A DNA stretch of 25,675 bases from Candidatus Helarchaeota ASGARD archaeon Hel_GB_B (GTDB taxonomy: Archaea > Asgardarchaeota > Lokiarchaeia > Helarchaeales > HEL-GB-B), in the NCBI GenBank assembly GCA_005191425.1, contig SUPR01000047.1, forward strand, positions 1-25,675, given 5' to 3'. Positions within the stretch are counted from its first letter, which is position 1. Each line of letters starts with the position of its first letter. Made by a program: the position numbers and the translations under genes. Below the pieces are notes generated by a model. That model did no database searches, was not told the DNA's origin, and was given only the letters and a program-made list of their open reading frames with translations. This document shows, one piece after another, positions 18,561 through 25,675 of this stretch.

Positions 18561-19118
18561 ATGTGGAATAAAATGAACTGGAAAATAGACGATATTTTTA
18601 GATTTAAAGTTGTAGTAATCGGCGATGCAGCAGTAGGTAAGACTTCAATTATACGCAAGTATTCTTTAAACCAATTTTCTGAAAATTATAAAATGACTGT
18701 TGGAGCTGATTTTAATGTAAAAGTAGTTAAATTCAAGGATTTGGGTGAAGTCTCTTTAACTATCTGGGATTTTGGAGGTCAAGAAAAGTTTGAAGAAATC
18801 CGCCGATATTATTATTATGGCGCTCACGCAGCTATTATAGTATTTGATATAACTAACAGAGATTCTTTCAACAATATTAAAAAATGGTTAACCGACCTCC
18901 AATCAGAAGTAGGAAATATACCATACTTGATATTGGCAAATAAATCAGATTTACAAGATGATCGACAAGTTTCTAAGTCTGAAATAGACCAATTATCTGA
19001 TGATCTCAAAATAAAAATTTTCGATACTTCCGCTAAAACAGGTGATAATATAGAAAAAGCATTCTATGAAATAGCCAAAGAATGTCTTTCTGCTTATAAT
19101 ATCCAATTTCAAACATAA
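18561..19118 (+). CDS. Rab-like small GTPase (Ras superfamily)
   Basis: G1 GDAAVGKTS, G2 YKMTVGADF, G3 WDFGGQ, G4 NKSD, G5 TSAK; RabF-like motifs VGADF, LTIW, YYYGA, IVFDIT. ATG 18573 is an alternative start. Confidence 0.93.
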   Translation: MWNKMNWKIDDIFRFKVVVIGDAAVGKTSIIRKYSLNQFSENYKMTVGADFNVKVVKFKDLGEVSLTIWDFGGQEKFEEIRRYYYYGAHAAIIVFDITNRDSFNNIKKWLTDLQSEVGNIPYLILANKSDLQDDRQVSKSEIDQLSDDLKIKIFDTSAKTGDNIEKAFYEIAKECLSAYNIQFQT

Positions 19119-19396
19119 TTTTTTTAAAATCAATTCAATTTACTACCCTAAATCATTTTCTTTTTAATTTAATTATTTAAAAATATGACTAAAGACCAAT
19201 TTTCATTTTTATTACAATAAATTTTACTATGGATACCAGTAGTTAATGCATTTTAGTTTTCTATATTGCCCACAATATTAATTATTAAATTTTTTTTAGG
19301 TTTTTATATCTATTGTAAAAGACGATAGTAAGCAGAGAGTACCCTCCATTTAGAATTATAGAAAATTTGATTTGTTTTTTTATATTAGTTGTTTAG

Positions 19397-19412
19397 AAAA
19401 TTAGCTAATTTT
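19397..19412. promoter_or_regulatory. Perfect 16-bp palindrome AAAATTAGCTAATTTT
   Basis: Read directly; intergenic, upstream of thrS. Function unknown. Confidence 0.35.
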
Positions 19413-19663
19413 TAATGTAGTTATAATTAAATTAGAGGCAATATATATCAAGATTTAGTGTTAGTAATATTGTAAATAGGAGACAAGATTATCGAATTTT
19501 TTAAATTAGTAGATTTGATTAAATATTAAATCAAAGATAATAAAGTTTTTAAATTTTAAAAGAAAATCTTTTTCAGTTAGTTATTAATCAATTAATTTTT
19601 TAATTGAGGAGCAAATAAAAAAGACCAATTAGATTTTCATATTGAAATACAACAATTCAAAAA

Positions 19664-19668
19664 AGGTG
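19664..19668 (+). promoter_or_regulatory. Candidate Shine-Dalgarno AGGTG for thrS
   Basis: aaaAGGTGcattaaa-ATT: 7 nt upstream of the ATT that aligns with Met1 of archaeal ThrRS. Confidence 0.6.
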
Positions 19669-19675
19669 CATTAAA

Positions 19676-21538
19676 ATTAGAATATTAACAATTCATTCGG
19701 ACTATATTGAAATCGAAGTTAAAAAGAAAGCAATAAAATCGCCTGAACCAATTAAAGAAAAAAAAATTAAAGTAGGTAATTGTCTTGTAGTTTTTACAGC
19801 GATAGAAAGAGATGATGGATCAGATATAAAAGAAGCTGCAAAAAAGTTAGCGGAGGAAGTTGAAGGAATTTCAAGTCAGATTAGTGAGAAAACCATTGTA
19901 CTATATCCTTATGCACATTTAAGTTCAGATTTAATAAAAGACCAGAATATTGCAATGCAGATTTTAGACGAGACCAAAAAAATATTAGAGGAAAAGAATT
20001 ATATTGTATATAAAGCGCCATTTGGGTGGTATAAAGCATTTAAAATATCTTGTAAAGGGCATCCATTATCTGAATTGTCCCGACAAATTTTTGTTGAGCA
20101 AATTACAAGGGAAGAGGTTGTTAAGGAAATAGAATCAAAATACATCATTTTAACTCCTGAAGGTAAGGAATATAAGATTAATTTAGACAATTTGGACCAG
20201 CTTCAAAACATATTAAAAGAAATTAATAACGAATTACTTGAAAAATATATTTATTCTGAAGAATTAGAAGGAATTCCACATAAAGAACCTCCATCAATTT
20301 CTGCAATGCAACATTTAGAATTAGTGGATTATGCTCCAGAAGCTGATGCAGGTCATTTTAAGTTTTTTCCAAAAGGAAAATTAATTTTTGACTTAATTTG
20401 TGATTGGGCATTTGAAATTGCAGTTAATAGATTACATGCAATCGAAATTGATACACCAATTTTATATAATTGGGATGATCCAGAAATTAAAAAACAAGGG
20501 CTTTCTTTTCATGAAAAACATTACATAGTGACCGGTGCAGATACCAAGAAAAAATTAATTTTAAGATTTGCAGGAGATTTTGGACTATTTAAAATGATGA
20601 AAAAAGCAAAAATTAGTTATAAAAGTCTACCACTTCGGGTTTATGAATTTTCTAAAAGTTTTCGATATGAAAAACATGGTGAATTAACCGGGTTGCGTAG
20701 ATTACGAGGTTTTCATATGCCAGATATTCACTGTTTTACAGCCAATTTAGATAAAGGTTGGGAAGAATATCAAGAATTATATCGTCATTATGATGATTTA
20801 GCTAAAGGGACAGGCATTGAATTCGCTGTTGTATTTAGAGTAGTGGACACTTTTTATGAAAAAAATAAAAATAAAATAGTCGAATTATTAAAATACTCAA
20901 AATTACCAGCTTTTATTGAAATACTATCTTCAATGAAACATTATTGGGCTGTTAAACATGAGTTTCAAGGGATTGATTCTGTTGGAGGTAATTGTCAACT
21001 TTGCACAGTCCAGTTAGATGTTGTTGATTCTGAAACTTATGGACTCACATATACAGATAAAGATGGAGAAAAAAAGCCATTTATTATTGTTCATTCATCA
21101 TTGGGGAGTATAGAAAGATGGATGTTTTCAATATTAGAAGATGCATTTAAAAAGGAAAAACCGATGCTACCTATTTGGCTGTCCCCTACACAAGTAAGAA
21201 TTATTCCGGTTCAAATTGATAAAAATTTGATGGACTATTGTGAGAAAATTTCTGAGAAATTAGAGTCTAGCAAAATACGCGTTGATATTGATGACCGAGA
21301 CGAAACGCTGTCCAAAAGAATCAGAAATGCGGAACTTGAATGGATACCTTACATTGTCGTGATTGGTAATGAAGAATTAAATACAAATAAATTAGCTATA
21401 AGAATAAGAGAAGATAATAGCCAAAAGAAATTAGAATTAGACAAATTGATTTCAATTGTTAAAGATAAAACCAGTAATATGCCTTTTAGAAAATTAAGCC
21501 TATCAAAATATATATCAAGACGTCCGTCATTTATTTAA
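19676..21538 (+). CDS. thrS: Threonine--tRNA ligase, archaeal type with N-terminal editing domain (620 aa from ATT 19676)
   Basis: 93 sense codons upstream of ATG 19955 read IRILTIHSDYIEIEVKKKAIKSPE...LYPYAHLSSD; then KAPFGWYKAFKISCKGHPLSELSR, FRYEKHGELTGLRRLRGFHMPDIH, HSSLGSIER and the anticodon-binding domain WLSPTQVRII. Confidence 0.95.
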   Translation: MRILTIHSDYIEIEVKKKAIKSPEPIKEKKIKVGNCLVVFTAIERDDGSDIKEAAKKLAEEVEGISSQISEKTIVLYPYAHLSSDLIKDQNIAMQILDETKKILEEKNYIVYKAPFGWYKAFKISCKGHPLSELSRQIFVEQITREEVVKEIESKYIILTPEGKEYKINLDNLDQLQNILKEINNELLEKYIYSEELEGIPHKEPPSISAMQHLELVDYAPEADAGHFKFFPKGKLIFDLICDWAFEIAVNRLHAIEIDTPILYNWDDPEIKKQGLSFHEKHYIVTGADTKKKLILRFAGDFGLFKMMKKAKISYKSLPLRVYEFSKSFRYEKHGELTGLRRLRGFHMPDIHCFTANLDKGWEEYQELYRHYDDLAKGTGIEFAVVFRVVDTFYEKNKNKIVELLKYSKLPAFIEILSSMKHYWAVKHEFQGIDSVGGNCQLCTVQLDVVDSETYGLTYTDKDGEKKPFIIVHSSLGSIERWMFSILEDAFKKEKPMLPIWLSPTQVRIIPVQIDKNLMDYCEKISEKLESSKIRVDIDDRDETLSKRIRNAELEWIPYIVVIGNEELNTNKLAIRIREDNSQKKLELDKLISIVKDKTSNMPFRKLSLSKYISRRPSFI

Positions 21539-21600
21539 TAAATAATAAAAACTAAAAAAAATATTTTCTTATTTTTAATTAAAAATCCAATTTCCCGAAT

Positions 21601-22290
21601 TTAAGAGAATAGAATATTTTTTTCTTTTATCTTATCAATATATTTAAGAACGATCTCATTGTCCAATTTATAATATTCATTATAAGAATTTCTTACTTGA
21701 AAGAAAAATGAATCTACAATATTTGGACAAACAATATGCGGTGTATAACGGTTTATAACCATAATTGCATGGAAGCTAGAAGTAGGGATGGCTACTATTA
21801 TTATTTTTGGTTCTGTTATTAAATTAATGGATTTGATTGCCCCGATCATTGAATAACCAGTTTCTGCGCCTTCATCAACAATAATTACATATTTATCTTT
21901 TAGAAGTTCCAAATTTATAAGAGGGATCTCATATAATTCGATTTTATTTACCATTTTATCAATAACTTCTTTTTCTATTTTACTTATTTTGTCTTCCCTT
22001 AGCCGATATTTATTAATCATTGCATCATTTAACACAGTAGTCCCATCAATTGTAATTGACCCAAACCCAATGTCCGAATTCGGTAATTTTAATTTTCCAA
22101 CCACAATTAAATTTATTTTTAAATTTAACTCGTTTGCTACTACATATGCAGGTATTACACCTTCATCTGGGATCGCTAATATAACTGCATTATCTTGATT
22201 GATATCGATATTCCTTTTTTTTGCCATATAAGATATTTCTCTCGCTAAAATCCGCCCTGCATCCTCGCGGTCTTTATACTTCTTACTCAT
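21601..22290 (-). CDS. Phosphoribosyltransferase-fold protein
   Basis: YKDREDAGRILA N-terminus typical of the stand-alone PRTase family; PRPP-loop region VIIVDEGAETGYSM; IIIVAIPT. Confidence 0.8.
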   Translation of the reverse strand: MSKKYKDREDAGRILAREISYMAKKRNIDINQDNAVILAIPDEGVIPAYVVANELNLKINLIVVGKLKLPNSDIGFGSITIDGTTVLNDAMINKYRLREDKISKIEKEVIDKMVNKIELYEIPLINLELLKDKYVIIVDEGAETGYSMIGAIKSINLITEPKIIIVAIPTSSFHAIMVINRYTPHIVCPNIVDSFFFQVRNSYNEYYKLDNEIVLKYIDKIKEKNILFS

Positions 22291-22725
22291 TTATAATCCT
22301 TTTATTTTCAAATTAATGTTCTCAATAAATTTTACCGATATTAATTAAATTCAAATTACTTTTGAAGTTAATTATTTTAAATTATTTTCTTATTATTCTA
22401 TTAAATATATTATGTTTAATTGTTAAAGAATTTTCTGTAATTCTTAATAAATAATATATATACAATTACTGAAATGATCTTTTTAAGGACCAGATTAACT
22501 TATTTTTAAATGCAATAATAAATTGAAATTAAAATTTGTTCCACTAAATTTTGTAAGCTATATAAATTGTATTTAATTAGTTGTTATTATTATATTTTTT
22601 TTAATGATTAATTGATTAAATCAATAATTAAAAAAAAAATGTGGTTTAGTTATTGAAATTTTGAAATTTTGTTTTTCTAATCTCTTATATAAAAATAGAG
22701 TATAATGTTCCAATAATTTTTCGAT

Positions 22726-22779
22726 GAAATTTGTTAATTAGCTAATAATAAAATGAGAAATTTATTAATTAGCTAATAA
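22726..22779. repeat. Direct repeat of 23 bp (1 mismatch, 31-bp period), each copy containing the palindrome ATTAGCTAAT
   Basis: 22726-22748 GAAATTTGTTAATTAGCTAATAA and 22757-22779 GAAATTTATTAATTAGCTAATAA. Confidence 0.75.
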
Positions 22780-22853
22780 GAAGAAGGAAGTTTATATTGT
22801 TTTAGATTTAGTGTTAGATTTATTCTAAAACTATTAAATTTTAGAGTAGGGCT

Positions 22854-25541
22854 TTAATAGTGGTTTAAAATTTCTTGAATAGTGTTAATTTCATCTTTTA
22901 ACGTATCTACTTTATTTTTAATTTCAGCTATTTTTTGTTCTTTGGCTTTTGGGTCATCTTTGAAGGCTTTAGTTAAAAAGTTTTTATTATGAAGTAATTT
23001 TTCATTCTTGGCCAATTTTATCTCTAATTTTTTCAATTTTCTGATTAACCGCTCTTTTTCTAGTTCAATATTTTTTGAAGTATTAATTATAGAAATGAAA
23101 TTCTCTCCTGTAATTGCTGGAAATTTAGCTAATTTTTCGTCTTTTTCTTTCAATAAATCAAGTTTTCCAATATTACAAATTTTTAGCATTAAGTTCTTCA
23201 TTTCATCTGTTAATATTGTTTCTACTTTTTCTTTTATAATAAGATAAACTTCAACTTCCTCTTTTTTCGGGAAATTTGATTCTAATCTTAATTTTCTTAT
23301 TGAGGTGATGATATTTTGATATATTTTGAAATTATCTTCTAATTCATCTGAGATCAATGATTCATCTGCTTTAGGCCAATCAGAATCAATTATATAGTTA
23401 TTATTAAAGGTAAATTTGGACCAAATTTCTTCGGTTATAAATGGTGCAAATGGATGTAGTAATTTTAGGGAATCTAATAAAATTTTAATTCCCAAAAGTT
23501 TCATGTTTTCCTTGATTTTTTTGTCAGCATATTTATTATAAATTTTTACAATTTCTACATACCAATCACAAAAGGAATGCCAGATAAAATGATGAATTTC
23601 AACGATACTACCGTTAAAATTATAATTTTCAAAATGTGCATTTACTTTTTTTACAGTTCTATTGAACCGTGATAAAATCCACTTATCGAATGTATTAAAC
23701 AAATTAGGATCAATTTTATTTAAGTCAATTTTGTCCATTTCGGCAGTTAAAAGCATTAATAATCTAAAAACATTCCATAATTTTCTTAAAAATTGTTTAG
23801 ATTTAACTATAGTACTTTCATCAAAAATTATATCTCTATCGATGGGGTTTGGTAAGACATAGCTCAACCTAACTGCATCTGCGCCATATTTGTCGATTAA
23901 TTTTAGAGGTTCTGGTGAGTTTCCTAAGCTTTTAGACATTTTTCTTCCCAGTTTATCACGGAGAAGTCCATTAAATATAACTACTGAAAAGGGATTTTTA
24001 CCCAAAAATTCTTGACTGGCAAATATCATACGAGCTATCCAGAAAAAAATTATATCAGGAGCGCTAACTAATACCGATGTTGGGAAAAAAGTTTTGAGGT
24101 CCATTGTTTCTTTAGGCCATCCAAGTATAGCAAATGGCCATAACCAGGATGAAAACCAAGTATCAAGTACATCTGGATCTTGTTTAAATTTATTATTTCC
24201 ACATTTTTCACATATTTTTGGCATTTGGTGTCCTACATTTTGATGCCCGCATTTTTCGCAATAATAAACGGGAATTCTATGTCCCCACCATAATTGCCTA
24301 GAAATACACCAGTCTTTAATATTATATAACCAATTGTAATAGCTATTTTCCCAGCGTTGCGGATAGAACCTAATTTCACCATTTTTTACGGCATTAATTG
24401 CATTTTCGACAAACGGATCCATTTTAAGGAACCATTGTTGTGAAAGAATATATTCAATTATTACATTTGCCCTTTGTGAATAGGGGACATTATGTACACA
24501 TTTTTCTTCTTTAACAAATAAACCCATATCTTTTAATTGTTTGATAATGTTTTTTCTTGCTTCAAACCTATCTTGACCTTTAAATTGTGCTCCATTTTCA
24601 TTAATTGTGGCGTTTTCATTAAATATATTAATAAATTCCAGTCCATGTTCTTTTCCGATTTCAAAATCGGCTGGGTCATGAGCGGGAGTGACTTTAACAA
24701 TGCCAGTCCCAAAATCAGTTTTTACCCTTGAATCACCAATGATTTTAACTTTACGGTTTACAAATGGAATAATTGCATATTTTCCAATATATTTCTTATT
24801 TTTCTCATCATCTGGATTAATTGCTACGGCAGTATCACCTAATAATGTTTCGGGGCGAGTAGTTGCTACTATAATATAATCATTTTCATTGACTAATGGA
24901 TATTTTATGTAATATAATGACCCTTCCTCTTCTTTCATATCAACTTCTTCATCAGATAAAGCTGTAAGCGAGGCTGGACACCAATTTATTAATCTTTTAT
25001 CTTTAAAAATTAAACCCTTTTTATAAAGCCTGATGAAACATTCTATTACAGCATAATAATACTCTTTGTCCATAGTATAACGGCTGCGAGTCCAATCAAG
25101 GTAATATCCTTGCCGTTTTAATTGTTTTGTAATTATTTCTTTTTTATTTTCGCTCCATTCTACACAATATTCTAGAAATTTTTCTCTTCCTAGGTCTTTT
25201 TTATAAATATTTTGTTTTCTTAGATATTCTTCGACTTTTATTTCGGTAGCTATACTAGCATGGTCAAAGCCAGGAATCCATAGGACATTGTACCCTTTTA
25301 ATTTATGTAATCTAATTAGAATATCTTGGAGTAAATTGACTAGTCCATGCCCCATTGTTAATTTGCCAGTAACATTTGGGGGAGGCATTGAAATAACAAA
25401 GGTTTTTTTTTCTTTGACTTCCGCGCTAGCTCTACGCTGATCCTCTAAATTATCCCAAATTTTAAGCCATTTTTCTTCTACTTCAGAAAAGTTATAATTT
25501 TTATCTATTTCTATTTTCTTATTTGAGGATAGGTCAGTCAT
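22854..25541 (-). CDS. valS: Valine--tRNA ligase, bacterial type
   Basis: PPPNVTGKLTMGH, DHASIATE, VATTRPETLLGDTAVA, GTGIVKVTPAHD, DWCISRQLWWGHRIP, DPDVLDTWFSS, KMSKS, C-terminal coiled coil. Confidence 0.97.
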   Translation of the reverse strand: MTDLSSNKKIEIDKNYNFSEVEEKWLKIWDNLEDQRRASAEVKEKKTFVISMPPPNVTGKLTMGHGLVNLLQDILIRLHKLKGYNVLWIPGFDHASIATEIKVEEYLRKQNIYKKDLGREKFLEYCVEWSENKKEIITKQLKRQGYYLDWTRSRYTMDKEYYYAVIECFIRLYKKGLIFKDKRLINWCPASLTALSDEEVDMKEEEGSLYYIKYPLVNENDYIIVATTRPETLLGDTAVAINPDDEKNKKYIGKYAIIPFVNRKVKIIGDSRVKTDFGTGIVKVTPAHDPADFEIGKEHGLEFINIFNENATINENGAQFKGQDRFEARKNIIKQLKDMGLFVKEEKCVHNVPYSQRANVIIEYILSQQWFLKMDPFVENAINAVKNGEIRFYPQRWENSYYNWLYNIKDWCISRQLWWGHRIPVYYCEKCGHQNVGHQMPKICEKCGNNKFKQDPDVLDTWFSSWLWPFAILGWPKETMDLKTFFPTSVLVSAPDIIFFWIARMIFASQEFLGKNPFSVVIFNGLLRDKLGRKMSKSLGNSPEPLKLIDKYGADAVRLSYVLPNPIDRDIIFDESTIVKSKQFLRKLWNVFRLLMLLTAEMDKIDLNKIDPNLFNTFDKWILSRFNRTVKKVNAHFENYNFNGSIVEIHHFIWHSFCDWYVEIVKIYNKYADKKIKENMKLLGIKILLDSLKLLHPFAPFITEEIWSKFTFNNNYIIDSDWPKADESLISDELEDNFKIYQNIITSIRKLRLESNFPKKEEVEVYLIIKEKVETILTDEMKNLMLKICNIGKLDLLKEKDEKLAKFPAITGENFISIINTSKNIELEKERLIRKLKKLEIKLAKNEKLLHNKNFLTKAFKDDPKAKEQKIAEIKNKVDTLKDEINTIQEILNHY

Positions 25542-25675
25542 TTTTGTAATATCACTATCTATTTTTTTTCTGTTTATTTTTTCTTAATCTATTAAATATA
25601 AAATAAAAAATCAATCCAATAACCATTAAAATTAAATTAATTGGGACAATTACCCAATTCTCAGATCTCCAATAG

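Noticed and set aside
19616-19675. Stop-codon readthrough (Sec/Pyl) or frameshift to supply an upstream ATG for thrS
   Set aside because: Reading through TGA 19643 reaches TAA 19616 with no start codon, and similarity to ThrRS begins only at 19676.
620-24879. Short opposite-strand or alternate-frame ORFs in the track (620, 1041, 1070, 6494, 7308, 8208, 11780, 12711, 16713, 18824, 19999, 21989, 23008, 23662, 24537, 24688)
   Set aside because: Each lies within or almost wholly overlaps a well-supported gene, has no recognisable motif, and is explained as a shadow ORF.
1-25675. rRNA, tRNA, CRISPR array, transposase or integrase
   Set aside because: No GC-rich structured RNA segment, regularly spaced repeat array or recombinase/transposase motif was seen.

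Overview
Very AT-rich archaeal window, most consistent with an Asgard archaeon: it has an archaeal-type ThrRS, a Rab-like small GTPase without a prenylation motif, and AGGTG/GGAGGT Shine-Dalgarno motifs. The taxonomy is an inference. Left part (0.5-8.4 kb): three paralogous cobalamin-binding radical SAM genes, a GH3-family acyl-amido ligase, two small membrane proteins that align without gaps from Met1, and a ferredoxin-nitroreductase. This is the best candidate for an undescribed biosynthetic or modification system. Middle: an orphan membrane protein, a TPR protein, a sulfatase, an M24 peptidase, an internally duplicated membrane protein, then an AT-rich accessory zone with an MNT-HEPN toxin-antitoxin pair and small ORFs. 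Right part: the Rab-like GTPase, thrS (whose N-terminal editing domain can only be translated from an ATT codon), a phosphoribosyltransferase-fold protein, and a bacterial-type valS with a TMGH variant of the HIGH motif. No rRNA, tRNA, CRISPR array, transposase or integrase was recognised.
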